A stretch of 64,000 bases of DNA from a plasmid (GCF_054482525.1 NZ_JBTHVG010000007.1); one strand, 5' to 3'; positions 19,096 to 30,064 are shown, counted from the stretch's first letter. Notes: a model not told the origin generated them from the sequence alone. Numbers and translations: made by a program.

Positions 19096-19953
19096 TCAGG
19101 GGGAAGCTGTGGCCAGCCGGCTGTAATTACGGTTACGTGACAGAATCATGCGCTCTTTCACACGACGCTCCACTTCGCGTTTTACCGCCTCACGATTGGC
19201 AGTGAAGCGCCCTTCCGAGATTTCACGCGTCAGCTGCCGTTTCACCAGGGTGACGATATCCTGACGTTCCCTGTTCGCATCACGACGCGCACGGGCACGC
19301 TTTATTCCACGGGACTTAAGCTCTGTCTGGTAACTGCGGAAACGCTCACGCACAAAACGCCAGGCTTTCGCTATCAGTTCATCCATACCCAGGGTATCCA
19401 GCCCCTGCTTTTTGCGCTGTCTGTTTTCCCATTCAACACGACTGCGGCGCGCAGCAACCACTGCATCCTCAGACACATCAAGGGCGGCAAATAACGCCGG
19501 TGTGAACGTGATATCGGTCGGAATGTAGCACCCGATAAGCGGATCATATTCCGTCTGGTAGGTAATCAGTCCCAGCTCTGCAAGGAACGTCAAGGCTCGG
19601 GAGGCCCGGGTGATGGAGAGTTTTCCGGCAGCAGACTCCGTCGCCAGTCCGCACTCAATGGCCAGCGTAGTGATGGAGCACTGGACGCGGTTGGCCAGCG
19701 GGTCATAGTGAAAACACAGCCCCTGCAGCAGCGCATCAATAGCCCGGCGACGCAGTACCGGTGGCATGCGCCGACGCAGTCCCTTCGAACGGGCATGTGC
19801 CACATGAATGGCGAAATCAAAACGGGAGGTGAAGCCCACCGCCTTTTCCATCAGTTTTTCGCAGAACTTCAGCGTTCCGGCACCTTCACGGGGTGTGAAC
19901 ACCGGATTCGGATTTTTAACCTGTGAATAGTATTTTTGAAGGAGATCAGCCAT
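19096..19953 (-). CDS. repA1: IncFII replication initiator RepA1
   Basis: 285-aa product [56 protein letters not shown]...; RBS GGAGGGGGAC. Confidence 0.93.
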   Translation of the reverse strand: MADLLQKYYSQVKNPNPVFTPREGAGTLKFCEKLMEKAVGFTSRFDFAIHVAHARSKGLRRRMPPVLRRRAIDALLQGLCFHYDPLANRVQCSITTLAIECGLATESAAGKLSITRASRALTFLAELGLITYQTEYDPLIGCYIPTDITFTPALFAALDVSEDAVVAARRSRVEWENRQRKKQGLDTLGMDELIAKAWRFVRERFRSYQTELKSRGIKRARARRDANRERQDIVTLVKRQLTREISEGRFTANREAVKREVERRVKERMILSRNRNYSRLATASP

Positions 19954-20428
19954 GTCCCCCTCCAACACTATTCCCCCTCCTACGGGCGGTAACTAGCTCG
20001 TCTGGGCCGACACGTAAAGTTTCGAACATATCTGGTCTGAACCAGATGGTTCCTCCATCAAAAGCGATGAGATGAAGATCATTATCAAGAGTTTTGAGGG
20101 CTCTCCAAACACGAGTGTATGAACCTCCACTACAAACTGAAAGCTCTTTAACAGATAAGTTAACTTTGTTCGTATCAGGGATGTAGTGTGCGCACATTAC
20201 TTGTACGAGGGAAACATAAAAACTAACCATCGACGCGCTGATTTTATTTTTACGTTTGCCATGCGCTATTGCAAGCAAACCTCTGATGAAGATCAGATGC
20301 TTGAAGGAGTCAAAATGAGCCCTTTTCTGGAGAAGGCTGCAAAACGGGTGAGGATACTTGCTGGAATCAATGTGAAGATCTGATTCAATCCCACCCGCTA
20401 TTACTGAATGTGTTTCATGATTAGCCAC
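19946..20428 (-). CDS. Extra ORF between tap and repA1 encoding a divergent homolog of the RepA1 N-terminal half (about 160 aa)
   Basis: GTG start overlaps the tap stop (GTGGCTAA) and TGA stop overlaps the repA1 ATG (ATGGCTGA); by-eye alignment to RepA1 residues ~30-165 (FC..L..KA..F...C.HY.P..N.V..S...L...CG...R...AL..L..LGLI...ARR); about 42% GC versus about 58% for repA1. Alternative in-frame GTG at 20440. Confidence 0.5.
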   Translation of the reverse strand: MANHETHSVIAGGIESDLHIDSSKYPHPFCSLLQKRAHFDSFKHLIFIRGLLAIAHGKRKNKISASMVSFYVSLVQVMCAHYIPDTNKVNLSVKELSVCSGGSYTRVWRALKTLDNDLHLIAFDGGTIWFRPDMFETLRVGPDELVTARRRGNSVGGGHG

Positions 20429-20495
20429 ACCATCCTGCACTTACAATGCACAGAAGGAGTGAGCACAGAAAGAAGTCTTGAACTTTTCCGGGCAT
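20421..20495 (-). CDS. repA6: RepA leader peptide Tap (repA6), 24 aa
   Basis: ATGCCCGGAAAAGTTCAAGAC... = [24 protein letters not shown], near-identical to the R100/R1 tap peptide as I recall it. Confidence 0.7.
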   Translation of the reverse strand: MPGKVQDFFLCSLLLCIVSAGWCG

Positions 20496-20544
20496 ATAAC
20501 TATACTCCCCGCATAGCTGAATTGTTGGCTATGCGGTTTTATGG

Positions 20545-20640
20545 GGCCCCGGTAATCTTTCTAGTCGCCAAACTTGAAGAAGATTATCGGGGTTTTCGCT
20601 TTTCTGGCTCCTGTAAATCCACATCAGAACCAGTTCCCTG
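20545..20640 (+). ncRNA. copA: CopA antisense RNA region (copy-number control; FII typing locus), approximate
   Basis: Plus-strand region antisense to the repA leader between repA2 and tap; lies within the span bounded by the FII typing primer sequences (CACACCATCCTGCACTTA ... AAAATTCCTTAAACGATCAG) as I recall them; exact ends not determined. Confidence 0.35.
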
Positions 20641-20726
20641 CCACCTTACGGCGTGGCCAGCCACAAAATTCCTTAAACGATCAGCAATCTACCACTCACT
20701 CCTGAGATAAGCAAGAATGTGAATAT

Positions 20727-20984
20727 TTACGAAGTCGCTCTGCGTTTCAGCTCTGATTCAATCAGTTTTTCAAGCATCTGCGCCTGAGTAATACCTTCCT
20801 CATCCGCCAGTTCACTCAGCCTGTCTTTTAACCGGGCCTGAATAACCGCATGAAAAGCCTTATGAGTGTTGCTTCTGCGAGCCAGAGAAGCTCTTTGCCT
20901 CTCTCTGGCCGGAACAGGGTTACCTTTCCGGTATGTACGCTTGGTGCCTGATGAGGAAGTCACTGCATTTTCTGTCTGCGACAT
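20727..20984 (-). CDS. repA2: RepA2 / CopB transcriptional repressor of repA1
   Basis: 85-aa [28 protein letters not shown]...[20 protein letters not shown]. Confidence 0.85.
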   Translation of the reverse strand: MSQTENAVTSSSGTKRTYRKGNPVPARERQRASLARRSNTHKAFHAVIQARLKDRLSELADEEGITQAQMLEKLIESELKRRATS

Positions 20985-21267
20985 CTCGCCTCCTCAATTC
21001 TCAAACAGGGATCGTTTCGCAGAGAATACTACAGTTTTTTGAAATCAGCGACTTGAAAGTTGTGACGATGATCTGTGTTGGCGCACAAATCATGTCTGAT
21101 TACGACCGTTTAATGTGATTTTGATAATGAAATGACTGAAAAGCTGGAAATGCCTTAGCCAGGGTGCCGGCCCCGGGCGGGACCGGCTGTTTCTGGTATA
21201 TAGGGTGTCTGCCCCTGAAATACCTCACACTTCCGGAAAGCGGGGACTTCCGTCCCCGCCCGGCAGC

Positions 21268-21474
21268 TTACTTCCGTGCTTCGTAGGCCAGAGTTACCTG
21301 CACCACTGTATTTCCTCTGTGAATATTCAGCTCACATAACCGTTCCCTGAATATCAGTGAAAAACACAACACCGTGGCGCACACGGCGAGCAACCCGATA
21401 AGGGCATATTTCGTCATAAACTTTGACCTCTCAGCAAAGAAGAGGCTACAATCAGTAGTGTTAAGGTACTTCAT
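21268..21474 (-). CDS. srnB: Hok/SrnB-family type I toxin (start uncertain)
   Basis: C-terminal MTKYALIGLLAVCATVLCFSLIFRERLCELNIHRGNTVVQVTLAYEARK is Hok-family; structured GC-rich leader upstream. Confidence 0.6.
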   Translation of the reverse strand: MKYLNTTDCSLFFAERSKFMTKYALIGLLAVCATVLCFSLIFRERLCELNIHRGNTVVQVTLAYEARK

Positions 21475-22097
21475 GCAGACCTCACGAGTTAATGGATTAA
21501 CGAGTGGGGTCTTCGCATTTCTGGTACCTGCGTCTTGCCTGAACCAGAAAGGCTCAAACACCCGCCGCGATAATACCACATTCCCTGTTGCTGACTATTA
21601 CCCCCATTTGCCTGTTTTTGTTACAAAAACGCCGGGAGCGGGGGAAAACTTACTTTTTCCCGTTTCCGGGGGGGACAACTGAGCATTGCGAACGCGTCAG
21701 CTACGATGTTCCGGTGATTGCTGATCAGCCCCTGTTGTATTCATAAACTAATTAACATTCATTCTGTCTGGTGCATAAATCTGCCCGTGAACATCTGCAG
21801 ACAATACCGGCCATGAAAAGATAAATAATACCAGTGGAATATATTTCCTCATGTTATTCTCCATATCAGATAAATGGCACCTGTATTTCAGCCCCCCTGA
21901 ATATCGCAGCACACATTGAATAAGACCTTATTTTGTGAAATTAATCACAAAATATAAAATCGCGACTTAATACGGAAAAAACTCTGTGCTACTCAGAACT
22001 GGCCGGTCATACTGCCCGACCGGATATTAAAAAAAGCAAATCTCATAAACTCCTTTCAGCCTTCTGACTCCTGGAGTAATGAAGGCTGCTTTTTTCG

Positions 22098-22310
22098 TTA
22101 CACCCTTCCCCGGCAGCGCCGGTGGCAGTGTTCAGCCCTTTTCCGGGCAAACTGTTGCCAGTCTGTCCGGGGAGCTATGCAGGCAGCCCGTCGCCATGCT
22201 TCTGCCGCTTCCATCCAGCGTCCACTGACCTCCAGAATAACGGCCCGCCCGCCGGCACGCTGGTAACGCCAGACCTGACCGTTCCGTGAACTGTTTCTGA
22301 ATCCATTCAT
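22098..22310 (-). CDS. Conserved F-plasmid hypothetical protein downstream of finO
   Basis: 70-aa ORF in the finO-repA intergenic backbone; no recognised function. Confidence 0.3.
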   Translation of the reverse strand: MNGFRNSSRNGQVWRYQRAGGRAVILEVSGRWMEAAEAWRRAACIAPRTDWQQFARKRAEHCHRRCRGRV

Positions 22311-22445
22311 TTTTCTGCTCCTCCCTTTTAGTCGTCAGTATTATTGTGGTAAATAATTCAGTGGACTGGCTTCCTTTCGGGTACGGAAGTTATTTCCTTT
22401 TAAGCCTTATTGTTTCAGCCTCCCCGGTTTCCGGGGAGGCTTTTT

Positions 22446-23006
22446 TTATTTCCCATCAAGCACGGCCTGAAGTTCTGCCTTTGTCCGGTTCTGGCGGCGA
22501 ATTTTCTCCAAACGCCCTGCCGCATACGCTTCCTCCTCCTGAGAAATATGCTCCGTCACATACCCTTCCGTGTCATACCGGCAGGCACCGGCTTTCATGG
22601 CACACAGATAGCTTTCTGAACGGGTGATGGCCTTCAGCGCCCGGCGCAGTTTTTTATGCGAGAGCGGGATATTCCGCTGCGCCACGTCTTCCAGTAACAC
22701 GTCCCGGATACCGCAGGCCAGAAGCCGGGGCGTGTTACCGTCAAACAATCCCGGCCACCAGGGTTTCAGAGTGTTCACCGCCTCATCCAGCGAGGGCAGC
22801 GTCAGATAAATGGACAGCGCCTGTCTGGCCTGTGCTTTCTTCGCCGCCAGCTCTGCTTCCCGGGCAGCCTTCTCCGCCAGTTTCTGCTTTTTCACCTTCC
22901 ATTTTGGTGGCGTGGTGACATTGATGATGGTTTTCCGGCTCCGGGTCGGTGTTTCCCCTTCCGTTTTCCGTTTCAGTGTCAGTACCGGTCGTTTCTGCTC
23001 TGTCAT
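22446..23006 (-). CDS. finO: Fertility inhibition protein FinO (RNA chaperone)
   Basis: 186-aa [67 protein letters not shown]... Confidence 0.9.
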   Translation of the reverse strand: MTEQKRPVLTLKRKTEGETPTRSRKTIINVTTPPKWKVKKQKLAEKAAREAELAAKKAQARQALSIYLTLPSLDEAVNTLKPWWPGLFDGNTPRLLACGIRDVLLEDVAQRNIPLSHKKLRRALKAITRSESYLCAMKAGACRYDTEGYVTEHISQEEEAYAAGRLEKIRRQNRTKAELQAVLDGK

Positions 23007-23108
23007 GATTGCCCTGACCTTTGTGAAAATATGTCCTCCAGGTCGTTGAAACTACTCACTATGATATTAAGCTGACCTCAACGACCTCTGACATATTAAT
23101 ACCGACAA

Positions 23109-23969
23109 TTAAAGATGTTTTTTAAACCATTGCGTCTGTACTGCCGCCACACGTTCAAAAAACGCGCCTTTATAAATATCATAATGGCATGCGTCAGCTT
23201 CCTCGTATAATTCCTTAGTACCAGAAGCAACAGCATCATATAAGGCTCTTCCCTGTTCTGGTGGATTAACACTATCCTGGCCGGCAATAACAACCAAAAC
23301 TGGGCACTGTACTTTGGCTGCGCTCTCTGCCGGTTTATATTGCAACGTCTCCATAACCGTAAGGAAAGGTATTTTTATATCCATTTCAGGATACTGACCT
23401 TTTACCTTCTCGAAGAATACCTTTGATTCATTATCACTCAGTACCCGGGTAACCCCCACAAACATCTCTTTCCCGGTATTTTTCTTCTTTTCTGCCATTT
23501 TATTCAGCGTGGACAGAAAAGAAGCTTTCTCCAGTTCATTCATTTCTCCGGTAACCAGAACCTCACCGTCAGCAAAAGCCAGCTGGCTGACAATACATTT
23601 TACGCGTTGGTCCTGCGCAGCTGCACTGAAGACATGCCCCCCTCCCAGCGATGTTCCCCATAACCCAATACGCTGATTATCAATACATACCTGCTTTTCT
23701 GCCCAATTGATAACTGAAATAATATCTTCGGTCTGCATTGCCGGAACCAGACGACCTCGTTCCCCTTCACTCTCACCGAATCCACGATAATCAAAAGTAA
23801 TCGTTGCAAACCCGGCTTCTGTAAACGCATTCGCAAAGGAAGGCAGCAGAACATTCCGGATACCGCAAAATCCATGGCATAAGAGAATCAAAGGATGTTT
23901 TATATTTCCTTCCGGGACACGAAATGTCAGGGCAATACCTTCAGGGAGTTTGTGATCCGTAATTTTCAT
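23109..23969 (-). CDS. Alpha/beta-hydrolase (dienelactone hydrolase-like) between traX and finO
   Basis: 286-aa ORF with GxSxG nucleophile elbow (GLWGTSLGGG) and C-terminal D/H residues. Confidence 0.55.
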   Translation of the reverse strand: MKITDHKLPEGIALTFRVPEGNIKHPLILLCHGFCGIRNVLLPSFANAFTEAGFATITFDYRGFGESEGERGRLVPAMQTEDIISVINWAEKQVCIDNQRIGLWGTSLGGGHVFSAAAQDQRVKCIVSQLAFADGEVLVTGEMNELEKASFLSTLNKMAEKKKNTGKEMFVGVTRVLSDNESKVFFEKVKGQYPEMDIKIPFLTVMETLQYKPAESAAKVQCPVLVVIAGQDSVNPPEQGRALYDAVASGTKELYEEADACHYDIYKGAFFERVAAVQTQWFKKHL

Positions 23970-24027
23970 AAATATCCTGTGTTATGTTGTTTATTAATAA
24001 GCAGAATCAGCGCCAGCATCATACCAG

Positions 24028-24774
24028 TCACACAGCCAGAACGCCCAGCACAGTAAGATGACAGGCATAGAACGTCGGGAAAAAATCCCCGTACCAGAAA
24101 CGGGGTAGTGATTTCCCTGTACAGGACACCAGACCAACAGTCAGCACCGTCATCACAAGGCCGGCCACCGCCGCTGCATCACTGGTGGCAAGGTTAAGCG
24201 CCGGAATAACAGCCAGCAGGCAGGCGACCAGCGCCAGACGTTCCATTCTGTCTTCCGCCCGGTACAGCCTGTGGCTGACTGCCAGCATCAGCAGCCCGGC
24301 AATGCCGTAACTGGTGCCGGAGAAAGGCAACCACATTGCCAGAAGCAACATGGTCTCTGCGGAACGCCACCAGGTGCGCGTTTCACACCATGTCAGCACC
24401 TGTGCCGCAACTGCAAAGGCAAACAGGATATTCCCCTCATACCAGGGAAAGCCGGCCAGATAATATGCGAACTGGGCAATCACCGCCCATCCCCACAGCC
24501 GGTTAATGGCCTCCTGCCGGATATGCGTATGACGGGACAGATTCAGCCCCCACACCAGGGCAAACAGCGGAAAGGCCCCACGCCCGACCAGAAACATCCA
24601 CGACTGGTCCAGATGCAGAATGCGGTTTGCATGGTCCAGAACCATCAGCACCAGTGCCACCGTTTTGATGATATCCCGCTGTCCGGGTGACCAGACCAGC
24701 AACGACTGCAACCAGGTATCGGTCCGGGCAGCCAGTGAATCATTACGTGTTGTGTTCGTGTTATCCGTTGTCAT
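24028..24774 (-). CDS. traX: TraX, F-pilin N-acetylase
   Basis: 248-aa polytopic membrane ORF; position after traI. Confidence 0.85.
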   Translation of the reverse strand: MTTDNTNTTRNDSLAARTDTWLQSLLVWSPGQRDIIKTVALVLMVLDHANRILHLDQSWMFLVGRGAFPLFALVWGLNLSRHTHIRQEAINRLWGWAVIAQFAYYLAGFPWYEGNILFAFAVAAQVLTWCETRTWWRSAETMLLLAMWLPFSGTSYGIAGLLMLAVSHRLYRAEDRMERLALVACLLAVIPALNLATSDAAAVAGLVMTVLTVGLVSCTGKSLPRFWYGDFFPTFYACHLTVLGVLAV

Positions 24775-24793
24775 CAGCGTTTATCTTCCTGTG

Positions 24794-27700
24794 TCAGTCT
24801 CCGCCCAGGGTTTTCTCTTTCTGCAGGTCACGAACCATATCCCGCTCCATCTGCTGCAGTCGCTCCTGCAGCAGATTTTCCCGGGCAACCTCCCGGACCG
24901 CTTCCCGCACCCGTTGTGGTTCACGCAGTACACTCTCCGGCAGCGCGGCTTCCCGTTCAGATATGGCAGACCGGTCACGCTCCAGCCCGGCAATATCCCT
25001 GACAGCCTGCTCTGTTTTGCCGTCCGGCAGGTCAGGTTTGTTCTCTGCCATTTTACGGACAATTTCATCCGCACGGCGTTCCGTTTCACGGCGGATGGCC
25101 TCTTCAGCCTGCCGCTGTGCCAGTACCTCTGCCGTGACCGGTTCGCCATTTCCGGCTCCCGGCTGAACGCTGTTGTCCGGGATATCCCCCCACACGCGAC
25201 CACCGGTGATGGTTCTGGGATTCCACGGACGACCTTCACCGGCGATTCTTACCACCACACCGCTGTCAGGATTATCACGGGCAATCCGGACACCATCCTG
25301 CATATTATCAGCCAGCAGGCTCTCTCCGTTACGGCTGCCCTGCAGGGCCACGAACTGCGCATCCCCGCTGCCTTTCACCCGGCCTTCACCACTGAAGCCC
25401 CGCAGCCCGTTTCCGTCATCCGTGGTCAGCGGGTTCAGCCAGATACCAGCTGACTTGCCGTTACGGTCAAAAGCCGGCAGTGCCACATACGGCTGCGGAT
25501 ATTTGCGCCCGGGTGCAATAAACCGTGCAGGACTGTCTCCCCCGGCCAGCCCTGCCTGACGGAGAACGGCACGGCCGGCCACCACGTCCCGCAGCTCCCG
25601 CGCCGTACTGAACAGCCGCTCTGCATTCATGACCTCCCGGTCCGATTTCGGCTCTAGCACATCGTGGGCAGTTCCTTTCTGTACGGCATTGTTGATGGCA
25701 TCCGTCCAGCCCTGACGGTTATCGGTGTACACCTGCACATGCTGCTTCATACGCGACAGGGCCACGTAGGCTGACTCAAAGCCGGCCATCAGTTTCCGGT
25801 TACCTTCCGTGCCTTCAAGCGCGATGGCAAAGGTTTCACTTGCCCCCTGCGCACCGTGGGCGGTGATGGCATAAGCCAGGTCAATATGTTGCTCTGCCCG
25901 CTCCTGACCTGGGCGAATCACCCGGATCTGCTGTCCGTCCGACAGCGTGACACTGTCACCGGAAACCGCTGTCACCGTCCAGACGCTGTTGGCCACATAA
26001 CCTCGCTCCCGGTCACTCTTCGTGAAGCGCATCCGGTCACCGGTTCCCACCCGGATGGTGTCCGGGGTGTACAGTGTGACGCCTTCAGCCACCGCCTCCC
26101 GGGGCGAAATCAGCCGCGTGTTACCTTCCGCATCCTCCAGGGTTATCAGCCCGTCATCCTTGCTGATACCGGCAATCCGGTGATACACACTATCCACCAG
26201 GGCAAGGGCATCCGGGTTATTCTCCCAGGTGGAGAGACGACGCAGTTCTCCGTCACGTATATTCGCTGTGTTCAGGACAGGCACCATGACCTGCTCTTTG
26301 CCCAGCTCACCGGCCTTTTCCCGTGCATCATGAATCATGCTGTTCAGTACGCGCCGGTCCTCATTCAGGTGTGTGACAATCAGCGTCTGCTCCCGTGCTT
26401 CCGGTGTCCTGCCGGTATAGTCGCGGACAATGGCTTCATACAGTGTCATGGGGATATCCGGGAAAGCCTCGCCTTTCAGCATCGCCTTCTGCTGCGCTTC
26501 TGCCAGTTTCGCTTCCTGGCTGTGACTGAACTCCGTCACGGAGTGCTCCGGTGCCCATGCGCCCTCCTGACGGGGAACCTGAGACGGTTTCACACTCTCA
26601 AGCCCGGACAGTGCCCTTTCCACATCCCGGTTAATCAGGCTGTATACCGCCTCCCGCAGTTCCGGCGTCTGACGCACAATCTCCTTCATGATGACCACAT
26701 CGGCAGCACTGCGCGTCTGCTGGAGACGGAAAGGCTGACCGGGCGCGATGGCCTGCAACTGGTCCGTGTCACCACTGGCCACGGCACGACCGCCACCGGC
26801 CGCAATCAGGGCGTATGCCCGTGCCATGTCGGTATTGCCCACCATAGAGCTCTCATCGAGCAGGAACAGCGTGTTGCTGAAATTCGGCGTTTCTCCGCTG
26901 CGCTGCAGCAGCTGCGTGTCATGCAGAAAGGACGCCAGCGTCTGTGCATCCACGCCGGCGCTGCGCATCTCACCGACCGCACGGTGCGTGGGCCCCAGCC
27001 CCACGACACGGGGACGTTCACTCTCCGGCAGCATGTTCACGGCTGACATCACCGCCCGGAACTGTGTGGTCTTACCCACACCGGCATAGCCCTGCACCAC
27101 CGTGAAACGGTCGGACGTTTCCAGTATCATGCGGGTAGCGGCACGCTGTCCTGATGTCAGTTTCTCCATGAGTTCGCCAGGTACTCTCTCCATCAGTGGC
27201 GTGACCGCCTCCTTACCTTCGAGAATATGGCGAAGAATGCTCTTTTCTGCCTCATACGACGCACGGGAAACCAGCAGGCCTGTGCCATAGCCTTTTGCCA
27301 CATCCACATACAGTAAATCACCGCGTTTTATCTGCGCATTGATTTCCCCTCCCAGTTCAGTAAAACTGGTTCCTTCTGCAGCAAACGACTTCGCCTCTGT
27401 CAGCAGGTCCACCATGCTGAAGGCCAGGTTTTTACTTTCCACCACAGGAAGCGCCAGATGAATAGCCTGCTGTGCCGGCGTGTGAAGCCCGGTTTTCTGC
27501 AGACTGATAGCGGTTTCCAGCAATGTCTCACCGGCACGCGCCTTTATCTGCTCAGAAACCACCGTAAAGGAGGGATGGCGGGCAAGTTTTTCCGCAGTAC
27601 GGGTTTCATCCAGTGAGGAATACAGCCGGACATCACGACCGCTGCGGGCCAGACCGTTCAGGGTGGCGTTGTCCATTGCCATCTGTGTGACGGAGGCAAA

Positions 27701-30064
27701 AACCTTCGCACTGTCGCTGACGGAATGCCCGGGCGTTTCCACCCAGCCGTTCTCCAGCTTCAGTGCCATGAATGGTGAATCGCTCACAGGCAGGGAGGCC
27801 GGTTCAGCCCGCCCCGGCACAACAACCGTCATCGCATCTTCACTGACGGATGCCACCTGCAGGCGGTCACCGCCGGAGACGCGGAGTCCGGGAATTTTCC
27901 CTGTCACCCTCAGTCGCTCGCCGTCTGCCACCGGCATTTTTTCCGGCCGGAACAGCGACCAGCTGCTGTCCAGGGAGGAAATACGCACCACCTGCGTTTC
28001 ATCCTGCGCATCCCGCAGGGTCAGGCTGTTACTCTGCGCCGTCACCCGGTCGATAACATAGCGGTCATGACTGCGTGTCTCCGGGTTCCACTGCTCCATC
28101 ACCATCCCCGGACGGTACATATCCCGCAGATAACGGCTCCGGCTGTCCAGCCAGACCGGCGACAGGGCGGTCATGGTTACCTCCGGGCGTCCGAGCACGC
28201 CCTGTGTTTTCAGCTCACTGCGAATGGCCTGTGTCAGTATGGCCTGTTCCCGTACCCCGCTGACCTGTGCCACGCTCTCTTCTCCGGCTTTCACGCTGGC
28301 AGCAAAATCTCCTGCCAGCCGGGCATAGCGGACATTACGGTCCGGTTCACTGATGATGGTGGCCGGCCGCTGTTCTCCCCCCTGCCAGCGATATGTGTTC
28401 ACCCCGGCATCTTTCATGGCCATCAGTGCACTGCCTGTACCGGTTCGCTGCCCGCTGTCGGTTATCAGGACCTGTACGTTATGACGTGCGGCACCGTCCA
28501 GCAGGGTTAACGTCTCTTTCAGGGAGAGTTTTTCGCCCTGGTCAACGATAACAGTATTGCCCGGCGTGAAGGCCATGCCCTCCTGCAGCTGACGACGTCC
28601 GGTTATCAGCTCACCGGACAGCCGTTCATCCTGCTTCAGGTTCATCTGCGAGCGACGGTCAGCGGCGATAATCTGCACCTCCCGCCCCTGCTCCCGGGCC
28701 ATCATGACCAGCTCCGCCACCCGCTCACGCTGCCCGGCTGCACCGCCCTGCCCGGACACAATAGCCAGCGACGGGCGATCCTGTGCCAGAACACTGACCG
28801 CATCGCTGTAACCGGCCGTCCGGGGGACACTTTTCTCCGGATGTACGGTCACCCGGTTCTGTTTCATGATGTCACGACTGAGTGCCCGGACTGACAGCTC
28901 ATCGAGCACATGAATCCCGGACGTGAACAGCCCCTTCTCACGATCGAGGGGGATAAGCTGCTCACGGCTGATGGCCTCATCGATACCGGCGCGTGCCCGT
29001 TCAATCACACCATTTTCCGGCGGCAGTATGCCGACCGTTCTGGCCAGCACGTCCGTGTACGTAAACTGCACTTTGCGTTCACTTAATCCGGCAATGGCCT
29101 GTGTCACCGCCTGCTGCACATCCGGCCCGTCCTGTGAAGCGGGTCCGGGCGTCTGCGTGCGGGTCTCCGCCCGTTGGTCCGCCGCGTCACGATACGCCCG
29201 GATGTCGAACCCGGTTTCCTTCAGCGTCTGCATCCATTCAGCCATTCTGACTTCAGGATCGACGTGCTGTTTGGATTTTCGCGTATCCAGTGCCGCCACA
29301 TCCCGGGATTTCAGCGAGGCGTCTTCCCCGACGGCCTCCCGGATAGCCTGTGAGCGTCCGGAGAAGGCCTCCACCGGTACGCCCGGCATCTCCCACATAC
29401 CGTGCTTACCAACCACTTCCGTTTCATAGCCTAGCGCCTCAACCTGCTCTTTCAGTTTTTCCCGGTAGAGCCTGCCGAAGGCAATCTGATTAGCGTACAC
29501 ATTCTCAATGAACCCCGTTTTCCCCACTTTGTCACTGCTCAATGTCTTCCACTCGCCGTTATGCTGCGTGACATTGGCCACTACCGCATGTGTGTGTAAC
29601 TGTGGTTCCTGATCGCGACTGGTGTCGTGGTTAAACAGTGCCATCACCAGATTACCGGTCAGCACCGTTTCTGACTGTCCGTCCGTCATAACCCGTGTGG
29701 AAGCCAGCGCCTCCACCTGACGGACAGCAAAATCCACGGCCTGGTTATGTGCATCAATAAGACGTTTATCACCGCCTAACATGGCCATCACGGAGACACT
29801 TTTGGGGGCGGAGAAGGTCAGGTCGTAGCCGGGACGATGCTTATTACTGCCATCCTGCATGCGGCTTAAATCCGCTCCGTCCGGCAGCTTCCCCTCCAGA
29901 AGACGGGTAAAAACATCCTTATCGACGCTGCCCTGCAGCCCCAGCTGTTCAGCCCCCCTGCCGGCCCAGCGTTCTCCCATGCTGCCCAGCACATAGTAAT
30001 TATCCTTGTCGGTATAATAGTTACCGGCACTTCCGGCCGATCTGACCTGCGCGATACTCATCAT
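24794..30064 (-). CDS. traI: TraI relaxase/helicase
   Basis: About 1756-aa product starting MMSIAQVRSAGSAGNYYTDKDNYYVLG...; relaxase N-terminus and Walker-type helicase motifs. Confidence 0.95.
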   Translation of the reverse strand: MMSIAQVRSAGSAGNYYTDKDNYYVLGSMGERWAGRGAEQLGLQGSVDKDVFTRLLEGKLPDGADLSRMQDGSNKHRPGYDLTFSAPKSVSVMAMLGGDKRLIDAHNQAVDFAVRQVEALASTRVMTDGQSETVLTGNLVMALFNHDTSRDQEPQLHTHAVVANVTQHNGEWKTLSSDKVGKTGFIENVYANQIAFGRLYREKLKEQVEALGYETEVVGKHGMWEMPGVPVEAFSGRSQAIREAVGEDASLKSRDVAALDTRKSKQHVDPEVRMAEWMQTLKETGFDIRAYRDAADQRAETRTQTPGPASQDGPDVQQAVTQAIAGLSERKVQFTYTDVLARTVGILPPENGVIERARAGIDEAISREQLIPLDREKGLFTSGIHVLDELSVRALSRDIMKQNRVTVHPEKSVPRTAGYSDAVSVLAQDRPSLAIVSGQGGAAGQRERVAELVMMAREQGREVQIIAADRRSQMNLKQDERLSGELITGRRQLQEGMAFTPGNTVIVDQGEKLSLKETLTLLDGAARHNVQVLITDSGQRTGTGSALMAMKDAGVNTYRWQGGEQRPATIISEPDRNVRYARLAGDFAASVKAGEESVAQVSGVREQAILTQAIRSELKTQGVLGRPEVTMTALSPVWLDSRSRYLRDMYRPGMVMEQWNPETRSHDRYVIDRVTAQSNSLTLRDAQDETQVVRISSLDSSWSLFRPEKMPVADGERLRVTGKIPGLRVSGGDRLQVASVSEDAMTVVVPGRAEPASLPVSDSPFMALKLENGWVETPGHSVSDSAKVFASVTQMAMDNATLNGLARSGRDVRLYSSLDETRTAEKLARHPSFTVVSEQIKARAGETLLETAISLQKTGLHTPAQQAIHLALPVVESKNLAFSMVDLLTEAKSFAAEGTSFTELGGEINAQIKRGDLLYVDVAKGYGTGLLVSRASYEAEKSILRHILEGKEAVTPLMERVPGELMEKLTSGQRAATRMILETSDRFTVVQGYAGVGKTTQFRAVMSAVNMLPESERPRVVGLGPTHRAVGEMRSAGVDAQTLASFLHDTQLLQRSGETPNFSNTLFLLDESSMVGNTDMARAYALIAAGGGRAVASGDTDQLQAIAPGQPFRLQQTRSAADVVIMKEIVRQTPELREAVYSLINRDVERALSGLESVKPSQVPRQEGAWAPEHSVTEFSHSQEAKLAEAQQKAMLKGEAFPDIPMTLYEAIVRDYTGRTPEAREQTLIVTHLNEDRRVLNSMIHDAREKAGELGKEQVMVPVLNTANIRDGELRRLSTWENNPDALALVDSVYHRIAGISKDDGLITLEDAEGNTRLISPREAVAEGVTLYTPDTIRVGTGDRMRFTKSDRERGYVANSVWTVTAVSGDSVTLSDGQQIRVIRPGQERAEQHIDLAYAITAHGAQGASETFAIALEGTEGNRKLMAGFESAYVALSRMKQHVQVYTDNRQGWTDAINNAVQKGTAHDVLEPKSDREVMNAERLFSTARELRDVVAGRAVLRQAGLAGGDSPARFIAPGRKYPQPYVALPAFDRNGKSAGIWLNPLTTDDGNGLRGFSGEGRVKGSGDAQFVALQGSRNGESLLADNMQDGVRIARDNPDSGVVVRIAGEGRPWNPRTITGGRVWGDIPDNSVQPGAGNGEPVTAEVLAQRQAEEAIRRETERRADEIVRKMAENKPDLPDGKTEQAVRDIAGLERDRSAISEREAALPESVLREPQRVREAVREVARENLLQERLQQMERDMVRDLQKEKTLGGD

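Noticed and set aside
21700-22100. Small secreted-peptide ORF (about 34 aa, MRKYIPLVLFIFSWPVLSADVHGQIYAPDRMNVN) on the minus strand
   Set aside because: Too short to support from sequence alone; no obvious ribosome-binding site, so not listed as a feature
25856-27046. Large plus-strand ORFs antisense to traI (396 aa and others), and similar antisense ORFs across traD, traG, traC, traN and traB
   Set aside because: They lie wholly inside well-supported tra genes on the opposite strand and have biased, low-complexity composition typical of spurious antisense frames in GC-rich coding DNA
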